Source: a virus
IMG/VR virus record: IMGVR_UViG_3300042387_001967
Length of the DNA stretch: 64,000 bases
Direction: 5' to 3' (one strand)
Shown: positions 34,537 to 43,873 of the stretch, in pieces
Layout: each line of letters starts with the position of its first letter
How positions within the stretch are numbered: the first letter of the stretch is position 1
Translations under genes and position numbers: made by a program
The notes under the pieces: model-generated
Databases searched by the model: none
What the model saw: only the letters and a program-made list of their open reading frames with translations
Told to the model about the DNA's origin: nothing

Positions 34537-36039
34537 TTAAATGGTTGTAACCGCTGTTTGCTCGTAAGCCCCCAGCACGATTTCTCGCGCGCGTTCAGAC
34601 GTCGCCACGAACTCGATGTCGTAGCCGATCTCCTCGTATGCTTTGTGCCGCGCCCAGCACTCCCCGATGATGCCGGAGTACGGAGGGTTGCTGCGCGTCT
34701 CCTGCTCCGCGTCGCGGCACTCGAACATGAAGTCGACCATCACGCCGTAATTCTTGCCGGGGCGGCACTGCAGCAGCCGGCCCGGCTTCTGAATCGCCGT
34801 CGTGTTCGCCCCGCCGCCGGCCAGATTCACCACCACCTTCAGGTCCGGAAAAGTCAGCCCCTGCACGTAGATGTTGCTCGCGAGCACGCGGATGATCGAG
34901 CCGTCGGCAATCCTGCGTGTGACGCTGTCGCGCTCTTTGTCCGTCATGCGTTTGGCCATGGCGATGGTGCCCCACGGCGGCATGGCGTGCTCAAGGTAGA
35001 ACTCGGCTTGCTTCTCGTCGCGGATGAACGCCATGGTCTGCCAGTCCTGCGGAATCACCTCGTCCACGATCTTCTTCACCAGCGCCGCGGTGCGGGAGGA
35101 TTCAGTCAGCAGCCGCTGATACACCACCGCGCGGTCCACCATGCGCCCCGGCACCGTGTCCTTGCTGAACGGGATCTTCACGAAGATGACCTTCAGCGGC
35201 GCAATGGCGCCCCAGGCGACGGCCTCGCGGTAGGTGACGTTCGATATCACCGGCCCGATGATCCCCTCGATCAGACGGTCCTTCTTGTCGAACCGGCCTT
35301 TCAGCGTGGCGCCGAACCCATACTTCCGGGCACGGACGAACGCGGTCACCTTGGGCATGCGCTCATCCGACACCACTGCGTGCGGCTCGTCGATGATCAG
35401 CAGCTCGGTCGCGTCCGGATCCATCTTGTCCAGCGAGTCGACGGAGCAGATCGTGATGTCGTCCGACTGCTTGGAGTTGCGGCTGCCGGTGTAGACTCCT
35501 TTGATCTCGCGCCCAGGAATGGCATCCTTGAAGTGCGCGAAGAGCTGCTTGCACAAGTCCACGCCGGGGGCGGTGATCACCGTCATCGCCTTCGGGAACG
35601 CTTTGCAGATGGCGGACATTCCAAAACTCTTCCCAAATCTGGTTGGAGCGCCGATCAAGCCGGAGTCGCCGCACATCAGAGCGTCCATGATCCAGCGCTT
35701 CTGGAACCCGCGCAGCCCTGGCAGGGCTGTCAGGAAGTTCGGATGGTCCAGCACCTTTGGGCGCACATCCTGCACGACCACCGTGTGTCCCAGCTCGACG
35801 AGATGCTGCCGTAAAACTTTCCAGAAGCCCTGATGGCTGAGCAGCGCCGCCCGCCCATCCACGGAGGTCATGTTGAACATCGGCTCCGTGATTGTCTCGA
35901 ACCTCGTGCGACCGCGATCGAAAATCATCTCGCGGTATTGCAGGGTCAGGAATTCCCGCACGAGCGGATGGTCTGGCAGCACAGTCAGGCCGCCTTCGTC
36001 CCTGGCTATGACGAAATGGGTAGATTCATTCTTCTTCAC
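34537..36039 (-). CDS. UvsW-like SF2 helicase
   Basis: APTRFGKS, IIDEPH, GFGATL, QGLTFPDL, IQKPGRLL. Confidence 0.85.
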   Translation of the reverse strand: MKKNESTHFVIARDEGGLTVLPDHPLVREFLTLQYREMIFDRGRTRFETITEPMFNMTSVDGRAALLSHQGFWKVLRQHLVELGHTVVVQDVRPKVLDHPNFLTALPGLRGFQKRWIMDALMCGDSGLIGAPTRFGKSFGMSAICKAFPKAMTVITAPGVDLCKQLFAHFKDAIPGREIKGVYTGSRNSKQSDDITICSVDSLDKMDPDATELLIIDEPHAVVSDERMPKVTAFVRARKYGFGATLKGRFDKKDRLIEGIIGPVISNVTYREAVAWGAIAPLKVIFVKIPFSKDTVPGRMVDRAVVYQRLLTESSRTAALVKKIVDEVIPQDWQTMAFIRDEKQAEFYLEHAMPPWGTIAMAKRMTDKERDSVTRRIADGSIIRVLASNIYVQGLTFPDLKVVVNLAGGGANTTAIQKPGRLLQCRPGKNYGVMVDFMFECRDAEQETRSNPPYSGIIGECWARHKAYEEIGYDIEFVATSERAREIVLGAYEQTAVTTI

Positions 36040-36625
36040 TTAGGTTTGCAAATTGTTCATCGGCCTGCGCCGGCGACTCCAGCGGCAGATCGCCGCTGGG
36101 TTCTTTTTCGTCCACAGAGCGCAGCTCGAACCGTCCGTAATCACGCGCGTGTCCCCACTCGGATATCCCAAGATGCGCGCCGATATGCAGCAGCATCTCG
36201 TCGAACTCTTGCTCATCTGGCGCCCGGGTGAATCGTCCTCCGCCGTCGGTGTTCGGAGGGATGTGCTTGGACAGGGTGAACTGCACGTCGAGCGTCTGCC
36301 CGGTGGACAGCGACTCGAACTTTTCCGTCAGCATCTGTCCCGCGCGCTTGAACTTTCGGTTGTAGGCCGACGTGCGCTTCACCGAATACCAGCGGCAGGG
36401 GATGATGGCACTCACAGCCACGTCACTCAGGTGCAGCGCGTCGCGGGCCTCCAGGAACGCCCACTCCCATCGCGGCATGTCCATGTAGATGTAGCAGCGA
36501 TCTGGATCGCACCCCTGCGGAGGCTTCAGCACGCGGTTGAACACCCGCTTCGGGTCTTTGCGGTCGTTGTTGTGTTTCGCCGCGAGCAGCGGAGTGAGGA
36601 GACGAAGACGTCGGTTAATCAGCAT
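36026..36625 (-). CDS. Solo RAMP (Cas7/Csm3-like fold) protein, putative
   Basis: N-terminal RLRLLTPLLA, central FESLSTGQTLDVQFTL, C-terminal Gly-loop LGISEWGHARDYGRFEL. Confidence 0.5.
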   Translation of the reverse strand: MLINRRLRLLTPLLAAKHNNDRKDPKRVFNRVLKPPQGCDPDRCYIYMDMPRWEWAFLEARDALHLSDVAVSAIIPCRWYSVKRTSAYNRKFKRAGQMLTEKFESLSTGQTLDVQFTLSKHIPPNTDGGGRFTRAPDEQEFDEMLLHIGAHLGISEWGHARDYGRFELRSVDEKEPSGDLPLESPAQADEQFANLSEEE

Positions 36626-36667
36626 GGTGGCAATCGTTGAGCAACTGGCGCAATCTGGCAAGGCCCA

Positions 36668-36729
36668 TGTAGGCGTTCTGTGGGCGTAACATTTTAACCG
36701 CCTGGACTTTGTAGGCGTCCTGTAGGCGT
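36668..36729. promoter_or_regulatory. Phased array of four TGT(A/G)GGCGT boxes
   Basis: Copies at 36668, 36679, 36710 and 36721; minus-strand TAAAAT between the pairs. Confidence 0.6.
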
Positions 36730-36732
36730 GCT

Positions 36733-36775
36733 AGGTAAACAACGAGAAGCGGCGGCCCCTTTCGGAGCCGCCGCT
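36733..36775 (-). terminator. GC hairpin followed by TTTACCT
   Basis: agcggcggc...gccgccgct (36748-36775), aggtaaa at 36733. Confidence 0.6.
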
Positions 36776-36777
36776 GG

Positions 36778-37086
36778 CTAGTTCGGAATTCGTTCTGCGT
36801 CCCGCATCCGCTGCTGAGCGCAACGCTTGTCCCACGCGACGCGGTCGTAATAGACATCGATCATGTCGACGGACAAACGCGGGTCCACTATGAATGGCAG
36901 ACCACACAGAGCATTGAAGAACATGTCGGCGCGCGACAGCAGGTCGTGCTCCAACCTCAGAATGTCTTCCGCCTGCGGGCTGATCGCTATCCCGACCGGC
37001 GATACCGCGGGACGCTCAGCCGCAAGCATCGCGGCGAGCGCGCCACCAAAGTCAGGCCCGGGGCTCGTGGTGAATGTCCCTGTCAT
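36778..37086 (-). CDS. Hypothetical protein
   Basis: 102 aa from ATG 37086; ATGA overlap. Confidence 0.5.
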   Translation of the reverse strand: MTGTFTTSPGPDFGGALAAMLAAERPAVSPVGIAISPQAEDILRLEHDLLSRADMFFNALCGLPFIVDPRLSVDMIDVYYDRVAWDKRCAQQRMRDAERIPN

Positions 37087-37535
37087 GGCAGCGCCTTCGT
37101 GGTGGAAGATGTCGGAAGCGCGAGCCCGGCAAATCCGCGTTCCTTCAGCGTCTCGTAGAGCGTCGCTCCCGACGCATCCTGCGCATACGGCAAGAAGACC
37201 TGCTCGAGTTCCGCCAGCCCGGCGCTCACCAGCGCCAACTGCGCGGCGAGCCAGTCTTTCACGATGCGCCACGCAACGCGCGCGGCCTGCTCGTGTGTCT
37301 TCAGTTTGGGAGTGACGTTCTGCCGCACAAGCACCTGATATATCCTCGGCACGTTTGATGGCAAACGAAAACTCATCAGTCCCGCCGCCGTCTGAATCCG
37401 GAAGCTCAGAGCGACCAGCACGCCGTCGGTATACTCGGTCATCACAGCCTGCGCCTTGGCCTTCGCGAGCATAGCCTGGATCTCCGTCACCGTTTTCTCC
37501 GCAGCAATCTGTGTATTATAATTCAGGATGGGCAT
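37083..37535 (-). CDS. Conserved phage protein of unknown function
   Basis: MPILNYNTQIAAEKTVTEIQ.ML...QA.RVAWR.VKDW...Q...V......EQVFLPY pattern is familiar from many phages. Confidence 0.7.
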   Translation of the reverse strand: MPILNYNTQIAAEKTVTEIQAMLAKAKAQAVMTEYTDGVLVALSFRIQTAAGLMSFRLPSNVPRIYQVLVRQNVTPKLKTHEQAARVAWRIVKDWLAAQLALVSAGLAELEQVFLPYAQDASGATLYETLKERGFAGLALPTSSTTKALP

Positions 37536-37574
37536 ACGTCTCCTTCGCCGTTCGCCGCGTCGAATTTTTCCTGC

Positions 37575-37895
37575 TCATCGTCGTCCAACACCCCCTCCGG
37601 CGTCGGCTGCGTCGTCGAGGTCGTAGTTCTGCGCCTTCCTGCCTTCGAGCAGTATCAGCGCGAAATCCCGGTTATTGAGTCCGGTGAATTTCCACTCCGC
37701 GAGTTCTTCCTTTGTGACCGGGATTGGCTCGCCGTCTTCTATCCACGTCACTTTTTCGAGCGGCACACTTTCCACGGTTGCGAGGTATGCCATCACTCTC
37801 CGAAGGTCTTTCATTTCCACGCGAAGCCCCGGCGCAGAACCCGGCGCTGCGCTAGAACGCGCCTCCTGTGTGCTATTTTCGGTTTCGGTTTTCAT
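37575..37895 (-). CDS. Small cassette-like hypothetical protein
   Basis: 106 aa, bounded by complementary GTTCTGC / GCAGAAC heptamers. Confidence 0.55.
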   Translation of the reverse strand: MKTETENSTQEARSSAAPGSAPGLRVEMKDLRRVMAYLATVESVPLEKVTWIEDGEPIPVTKEELAEWKFTGLNNRDFALILLEGRKAQNYDLDDAADAGGGVGRR

Positions 37896-37922
37896 AGAGT
37901 TTTCAGTGTTTTCGATGCGCTA

Positions 37923-38540
37923 TCACGGCGCGTCTGTGAGCTTTGCGGTGGGCGAACTTCCTTCGTGCGAGCGACGCGCAGCTTCCCACCCCGCCAAGAA
38001 TACCTCTTGGTGAGTTAGTCGGGGCCACACTCCGCGCTTGTCGCACCATTGCAGGAACGCCCATTCCGGCCCCTCCTCCCACTCCTTGTTCGCCCGGCGC
38101 TTCTCGTCGTCGCCCACCACGCTAGTGCAGCGAACGGCGGTCTCAGGTTGTTTGTCGTTTTCAGTGTTCATAAAGGTTGTTTCTTCTCCGCGCGCGCCGG
38201 CCCTGCAGAACGCATCTGCAGGGCCGGCGTAGATGTCGTCCCCGTGTAGAGCCACCGTCACCGTCGCGTCGGCGAACATCTTGGTCAGCCACTCTGCAAG
38301 GGGCAGCGCCGGACCCTCGCACCAGGCGTCATGGATCAACCCGGCGATCAACGGGACCATGTGGTAGCGCCAAGGGTAGTCCCAATCTTCTCCCTCCGCG
38401 TGGATGATGGCGTCGCCGGGTTCGGTGATCGCATCGGCCAGCTCACCGCATAGGCCGTCCCAGTCTTCCACGGTTTCGCCGCGCGCATCCAAGAACGCCG
38501 TCGCCAGATTGGGAATTTCCTTGGAAGCGGGGTCAGACAT
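37923..38540 (-). CDS. Two-module hypothetical ORF (second module starts ATG 38171)
   Basis: MSDPASKEIP... runs in frame through a 15-bp hairpin into MNTENDKQPETAVRCTSVVG...SSPTAKLTDAP. Confidence 0.45.
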   Translation of the reverse strand: MSDPASKEIPNLATAFLDARGETVEDWDGLCGELADAITEPGDAIIHAEGEDWDYPWRYHMVPLIAGLIHDAWCEGPALPLAEWLTKMFADATVTVALHGDDIYAGPADAFCRAGARGEETTFMNTENDKQPETAVRCTSVVGDDEKRRANKEWEEGPEWAFLQWCDKRGVWPRLTHQEVFLAGWEAARRSHEGSSPTAKLTDAP

Positions 38541-38817
38541 GGGCGCCTCCTCTCGGCGATGGCTCCAAAGATTTGCCGCATTTCCGGCATTTGGTTTCGT
38601 AGGCGGCGTGTGCCCTGTTACAGCATATCGCCCGTGTCGGGCATCCGCTGATCTCACGAGTGCCGCAAAGCCATTCCTGCTTTCCTTTGCTGCTGCGATA
38701 CCCCTGCCCCTGCGTGAATACTCCAGGATCAGGGCGAGGCCAGTAGCACGGGCATTTGAGGCAGCGCGAATCGGCCACGCTCACGGTTTGTCTGACATTC
38801 CTGTCGCGGACATTCAT
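38533..38817 (-). CDS. Small Cys-rich protein
   Basis: CLKCPC, CC and CRKC motifs, 94 aa. Confidence 0.45.
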   Translation of the reverse strand: MNVRDRNVRQTVSVADSRCLKCPCYWPRPDPGVFTQGQGYRSSKGKQEWLCGTREISGCPTRAICCNRAHAAYETKCRKCGKSLEPSPRGGAHV

Positions 38818-38830
38818 GTTACTGTGCCCG

Positions 38831-41353
38831 TCATTCTGGGATCTCGATCAGGTCACTGAAGGCGTCGATGAGCGTCGGGGAGTGGTCGCAGACGATCATC
38901 TGCAGCGTGCCCTCTTCGCCGATCTTCCGGAGCATGTCCGCCATAGCGCGTTTGGCTTCTTCGTCCAGATGCGTGGTCGGCTCGTCCAGCGACAGGAGTC
39001 CCACGTTTGGCATGATCATCGCGTGCAGCGCGCGCAGCGTAGCCACGGCCAGGCGCACCTTCTGGCCGCCTGACATGCGGCTTTGCGGCATCCAGGCCTC
39101 GTCCGCGCGGTCAGTGCGGAGGAAGTCATAGGACAGCGGCAGCTCCTCGCTCGCCGAGACCATGAAGTCCGCGCCGCTCTCCGCCAGATAATCCCCGGCC
39201 AGTTGTGCGATCTGCCCGAACTTGTAGTTCAGGAATTCGAGGCTGGCGCCGTTCGGTCGGAACGTGTCGCGCAGCATCTCCAGATCCTTGGCGAGCGCCA
39301 GGCGCGTCTTCTGTTCCGCGGTCCGAAGGTCGAGCTCGTCGATCTTGCGGCTCGCCGCCTTCATCGACTCGTTGGCGGCGTCGTGCCGTCCGCGGGCCTC
39401 GTCGAGGGTCTGCTGCGCCTTCTCGAGTTCGGTCAGTTTGCTCTGCACCATCTGCTGCGTCAGCACCGGGGCACCGTCGCTCGGGAAGAATCCCAGCGGC
39501 ACATCAGCAAGCAATTTGTGCAGGCTGTCGTGCGCGGCTTCCATGCTGCGCTGCGCGGCGTCGACTTCCGCGATCTGCTTCTGTACAGTCTCCACTGCGT
39601 CGCTGGTGCTCTTGGCTTTCTCGGCGGCGTCGTGAAGCATTGCACCGTCGATCAGCGCGCGCCACGGCGCGTCTTTCAGCGCTTGCGCCTGGCTCGCCTC
39701 TTGCGCGACCAGATTGTCGATCTCGTGCTGCGTCGGCTCCGTCTTGCCTTTGACAGCGACCCTGTAGCGGTCCACGACCTGCGTGAGACGCGCGTGCTCG
39801 TGCGCCTTGGCGTGCCACGCCTGCAGCTTTGCCGTCGCTTCATTCAGCCCCTGCTGTGTCGTCTCCCTGGTAGTCAGCGACGTTTCAATCTGCAGCCGCC
39901 TCCGGTCGTTCAGGTGCTTTGCCAGCGCGTCAGCCAGCGTCGCGTGCGCGCGTTGCAACGCGCCCGCATCCTTCTGCTTCGCGCGAAGAGCGTCGCCGCT
40001 GACCACCCCCTTGTCCTCGGCCTTTTTCAACTGCCCCTCGAGGTCTGTGATTTCCTTGCGCAGATGCTCTGGGTCAGGAGGCGTCGTGCCGCCACAAAGC
40101 GGACAGTGATCCGCGTGTCCCCCGCCGACTTCGAGTCCACGCAGAAGATCACGCCGCATCTGCAGAGCATTGCGAATCAGAACGTATGACTCCCGGTTGG
40201 CGTCATACGCAGTCTGCAAGGCCGTGACGACTTCTGTGCCCGCGGTCACCTTCTCCTCTGCCTCTCTCTCGCTCGCAGTCGCGCCGGGGATGGATGTCGT
40301 CAGCGTGTCCAGGTCGTCGAACTTCTTCAGCATCGCCTCGGCGCGTTTGACGGACGACTCGGGACTGTCGCCCAGCTCTCCGGCCTCTTTCAGCTTTGCT
40401 TCCGCGTCTGCGAGTTCCGCGAACTGTTGCTTGAGCCCGCGCGCGCTGAGCAGAGCCAGGTCCGTCTTGGACTGGTCTGCGCTGGCTTGCAGATTCGCCT
40501 GCTTGCGCTGCGTCAAACTGGTCAGCTTCTTCTGCCACTCTTGTTGCTGCTGGCGCGCGTTGACGAGCCACAGGGCAGCGTCCTCGCCCGCTGGGACGTG
40601 CTGCTGCAGTTGCGTCTTGGCCGCTGTCGCGGCATCCTCCGCCGCCGCAACCGCGCTGTGTTGGGACGAAACATTGCGGACCAGCGCCAGATACTCGGCA
40701 GGCGAAGGCAACCCTTTCATCTCCGACTCGCAGGTCTCGAAGAAACGGCGGGCCTCTTCGTAGGTCGCCTGGGCGGCGTCGCGCACCGCGCCGAGATCCT
40801 GGACGCTGCTCGCGACGGTTTCCCGATGCGTCTCGATCACGTTGGCAATCTTCGCGAGGTGCCCCAGCATGAGCAGTTTGGTGTAGAACTCCCGGCGGTC
40901 AGTCTCGAGCCCGAACATGTTGGCCATCTCGCCCTGCCGGATGAACACCGTGGAGTTGATGGCCTTTTTGTCGACGCCGAGGATGTCGAACATGATGCTG
41001 CTGACCTCTGCGTCGGACGTGATGGGCTTCTCGGCCCCGTCCCACCACAGCTTCCTGGTCACTGTCGTGCGCGTGATGCGCCGCTGGATCTTGCCTACCT
41101 TGCCGTCCGCCACGAACTCCAGCGTCACCTCGGCCGCGGCCGGCGGATTTTCGCCGCTCGACCGGCGGATGAATGCGCGCAGCGGGTCCGGGTGGTCGAT
41201 GGTGCCGGTGAGTCCGAATTGAATGGCCTGCAGCACAGTCGATTTGCCGCGCCCGTTGGGGCCGGCCAAGCCGACGACGCAGCCCTGCAGTTTGCTTTTG
41301 ATCGAGTGATGCCGACCGAAGTCGGTGATCTCGATGGATGTGATTTTGATCAT
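38831..41353 (-). CDS. sbcC: SbcC/Rad50-like (gp46-like) SMC ATPase
   Basis: GPNGRGKS, FIRQGE, coiled coil with CPLC hook, MSGGQK signature, LLSLDEPTTHLD, IVCDH. Confidence 0.9.
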   Translation of the reverse strand: MIKITSIEITDFGRHHSIKSKLQGCVVGLAGPNGRGKSTVLQAIQFGLTGTIDHPDPLRAFIRRSSGENPPAAAEVTLEFVADGKVGKIQRRITRTTVTRKLWWDGAEKPITSDAEVSSIMFDILGVDKKAINSTVFIRQGEMANMFGLETDRREFYTKLLMLGHLAKIANVIETHRETVASSVQDLGAVRDAAQATYEEARRFFETCESEMKGLPSPAEYLALVRNVSSQHSAVAAAEDAATAAKTQLQQHVPAGEDAALWLVNARQQQQEWQKKLTSLTQRKQANLQASADQSKTDLALLSARGLKQQFAELADAEAKLKEAGELGDSPESSVKRAEAMLKKFDDLDTLTTSIPGATASEREAEEKVTAGTEVVTALQTAYDANRESYVLIRNALQMRRDLLRGLEVGGGHADHCPLCGGTTPPDPEHLRKEITDLEGQLKKAEDKGVVSGDALRAKQKDAGALQRAHATLADALAKHLNDRRRLQIETSLTTRETTQQGLNEATAKLQAWHAKAHEHARLTQVVDRYRVAVKGKTEPTQHEIDNLVAQEASQAQALKDAPWRALIDGAMLHDAAEKAKSTSDAVETVQKQIAEVDAAQRSMEAAHDSLHKLLADVPLGFFPSDGAPVLTQQMVQSKLTELEKAQQTLDEARGRHDAANESMKAASRKIDELDLRTAEQKTRLALAKDLEMLRDTFRPNGASLEFLNYKFGQIAQLAGDYLAESGADFMVSASEELPLSYDFLRTDRADEAWMPQSRMSGGQKVRLAVATLRALHAMIMPNVGLLSLDEPTTHLDEEAKRAMADMLRKIGEEGTLQMIVCDHSPTLIDAFSDLIEIPE

Positions 41354-41366
41354 GTAATGAGTATGG

Positions 41367-41927
41367 CTAGAAAGGACAATTTGGGTCGTCCGGGATGGTG
41401 TATTCGCCGCTGTCCTTTTCATCTAAGACGTCGGACTCCTCTCGGTTGTCCATCGCCAGGTATTTCGCATTCCTCTCCTGGATGTCGTCGCGTTTGCGTT
41501 CCAGCATGTGCTGCACGTGCTCTGGCAGGTAGCGCTCCTGATGCGATTTCCATGAGTTCAGCTCCACCGTCACCACGCGCATGTTGCCCTCCTCGTAGCC
41601 GAGCGTCGGATTCACGCGGTCGATCGTCAGCACCGAATCGTCGCCCTCTTTTTTGGAATACAGACCGAAGGCGTCCACCAACCCTCGCCAGTAGTCCAGC
41701 GTGATCCTGAACGGTATTTTCCGCTCGGCCGCGTGGTCACGCAGCGTGCAGTAGTCCGCGGTTTTCTTCTGCTGCGCACGCCAACGCCGCATCTCGTGCA
41801 TGTGACACAGACACCGATCGTCCCGCGACGCGCGCCGGCAGCCTTTTACCCAGCACAGTCCGTCGCCGGAATTCCCCTTGAACTCGAAGAATCCTTCGGC
41901 AAGCAGAGCTGCGCTGGGTTTCGGCAT
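41367..41927 (-). CDS. HNH-like endonuclease between sbcD and sbcC
   Basis: CWVKGC...CHMH Zn motif; LTIDRVNPTLGYEEGNMRVVTVELNSWK. Confidence 0.6.
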   Translation of the reverse strand: MPKPSAALLAEGFFEFKGNSGDGLCWVKGCRRASRDDRCLCHMHEMRRWRAQQKKTADYCTLRDHAAERKIPFRITLDYWRGLVDAFGLYSKKEGDDSVLTIDRVNPTLGYEEGNMRVVTVELNSWKSHQERYLPEHVQHMLERKRDDIQERNAKYLAMDNREESDVLDEKDSGEYTIPDDPNCPF

Positions 41928-41933
41928 GTCAGC

Positions 41934-43142
41934 CTATTCTTCATTTTCCCTGACGTCTGCTGCGACTAGGCGAGCCTCGATCAGATCTGCCACGATATTG
42001 CTGGCGTCGCTCTCGCCCCGGTGCAGGAGATCCAGCGCCGTCTTCTGCAGGTCTTCCCGGTCCTTGAATCGCTGACTCACGAAGTATTCCATCGTGAACT
42101 CCTTCTCGGAGTCCGGTGAATCTTTGACTCTCGCCGGATGCGCCTGCGTGTTGGGCAGCGGGTAGCACCGTATGACCGCGCGCTGGGCGTCCAGCATCGA
42201 GTGCAGCCGGTTGATCGTCTGCGGAAACTGCCGGTCGAACTGCACGACCGCCACAGGATGCTGCGCGGCCACCGGCTCGATACGCAGCATGAGCGCGTCG
42301 AGGTCCTCGGCGGTGCGCACCTCCGCGTTGATGAACGGACGGGTGTGAATCGGAATCGTCTCCTTCAGGACAGCGCCCTCGGCGGTCAGCCGGATGATCG
42401 GCACAGACTTGCCGATCGGCTCGCCGGCGTTGCACATCTCGGTCGACCCCGGGTAACCGATCAGGCACTTGCCTCCGCCGGGACGGTCCAGCTGCTGGAA
42501 CCCCTGCAGGTGGATGTCGCCGAGCAGCCAGGCCTTGTTGTGCTTCGAGATTGGCAGCTCGGATACGTGCAGCGGGTCCGGTGTGTGAATCGGAAACTTC
42601 ACCACTCCGTCGATGAGTCCGTGGAACAGCACGACATCTGCCTGCCGCGCCCGCACGGTGATGTTCGCCAAGTCGCCGCGGAAGCTGGCTGCGGTGTGCG
42701 GCGTGAGCCCCACGATGCGGTAGCCACGGAAGACGACGCTGGAGTCGTCCAACGGCACGATGCCTGTCTCACCTTCAAATAGCGTCTCGGTGTCGTCGTC
42801 CGTCAGATTTAACGCGCGCCCCGGAAACAGCGTCTGCAGCCACGTGGGCGTGCTCCAGTCGTGGTTGCCGGTGATGGTGAATGCCACCTTCCCGGCGCTC
42901 CGGATCATCTGGTCGATGTGCATCAGCTGCCCGATTACCTGCGGGCTCGGCCGCGGGCGGTCGAAGATGTCGCCGGTGATGCAGATGATGTCCGCGTGCT
43001 TCAGCGCCGCCTCGACTGCATTACGGAAGCCGTCGTAGAAGTCCTGGCCCCGACGGGCAGCCGCGTATTGTGAGTCTCGCAGGTGGGTGTCACCGATAAG
43101 TGCGATCAGAAGATCGCTGTTTGGGGTCGCATTTTTTGCCAT
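41934..43142 (-). CDS. sbcD: SbcD/Mre11-like (gp47-like) nuclease
   Basis: IGDTHL, ITGDIFD, ITGNHD, LFHG, LGDIH, YPGS. Confidence 0.9.
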   Translation of the reverse strand: MAKNATPNSDLLIALIGDTHLRDSQYAAARRGQDFYDGFRNAVEAALKHADIICITGDIFDRPRPSPQVIGQLMHIDQMIRSAGKVAFTITGNHDWSTPTWLQTLFPGRALNLTDDDTETLFEGETGIVPLDDSSVVFRGYRIVGLTPHTAASFRGDLANITVRARQADVVLFHGLIDGVVKFPIHTPDPLHVSELPISKHNKAWLLGDIHLQGFQQLDRPGGGKCLIGYPGSTEMCNAGEPIGKSVPIIRLTAEGAVLKETIPIHTRPFINAEVRTAEDLDALMLRIEPVAAQHPVAVVQFDRQFPQTINRLHSMLDAQRAVIRCYPLPNTQAHPARVKDSPDSEKEFTMEYFVSQRFKDREDLQKTALDLLHRGESDASNIVADLIEARLVAADVRENEE

Positions 43143-43873
43143 TTTTCAGTAGGGTAAATTTTGGAAGCCGCTTCAGCCAATTCTTCGCGAGCCCCCTTGA
43201 GGAGAGCGCGCGCCGCGCCTGCGAGTGCATCACAAATCGCCTGCCCGTCCACGACATTACGCGGGCGGCACATGGGCGTGATGCAAACGTGCTTGGCCAT
43301 GAACGACCAACGCATCCACAGATCACGCTCCTTCAGCCGGGACATCAGCGGGTCGCCATCCTCGTTGTAGAGGAACGCGTGGGCGAGACTGCTGCGATCG
43401 GTGTACCAGAGAATCGAGACCCGGTCAGGTCCCGTGAATTGGTTCAGGATTCCCTCGGTGCCGATTTTGTAAAGCTCCGCGGAGTCAGTCGTCTGCTCCT
43501 GAAGCTCCCGCCCGCGCTCTGTCAGGATGGAGTGCACGCCATCCAGCAGGGCGCTGAACTCCGATCGGCTGACCGTGGACCCATAGGTGCCAGCGACGTA
43601 GCAACCGCGCGACACCGGCGCCCTGACCTCGCCGATCAGATCGATACGCTCCCAGACGGCCGCGTAGCCGCCCCATCCCTCGGTGCAGCCGGAGCCGTCG
43701 GTGTAGAGGACGCAGTCGTGCTCGTAAGGATCCGGGGCGACATCTTCGAGCCACTCGAACACGTCGGCGTAGCGCTCCTTGATCAGCTCACCGTCGACGG
43801 TCAGGTTATCCCACCAGGACGTCTCTTTTCGCCACTTGTGTTTGTTCCAGGTGTCACGGTTGTGGTGAGTCAT
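43106..43873 (-). CDS. RNase H-like protein
   Basis: LYTDGSG..GWGGYAAV, SRSEFSALLDG, WYTDRS, AICDALA carry the four acidic residues. Confidence 0.8.
   Translation of the reverse strand: MTHHNRDTWNKHKWRKETSWWDNLTVDGELIKERYADVFEWLEDVAPDPYEHDCVLYTDGSGCTEGWGGYAAVWERIDLIGEVRAPVSRGCYVAGTYGSTVSRSEFSALLDGVHSILTERGRELQEQTTDSAELYKIGTEGILNQFTGPDRVSILWYTDRSSLAHAFLYNEDGDPLMSRLKERDLWMRWSFMAKHVCITPMCRPRNVVDGQAICDALAGAARALLKGAREELAEAASKIYPTEKWQKMRPQTAIF

Noticed and set aside
36668-36729. Mini CRISPR array next to the RAMP-like gene
   Set aside because: Repeats are only 9 bp with 2- and 22-bp gaps, which fits an operator and not a repeat-spacer array.
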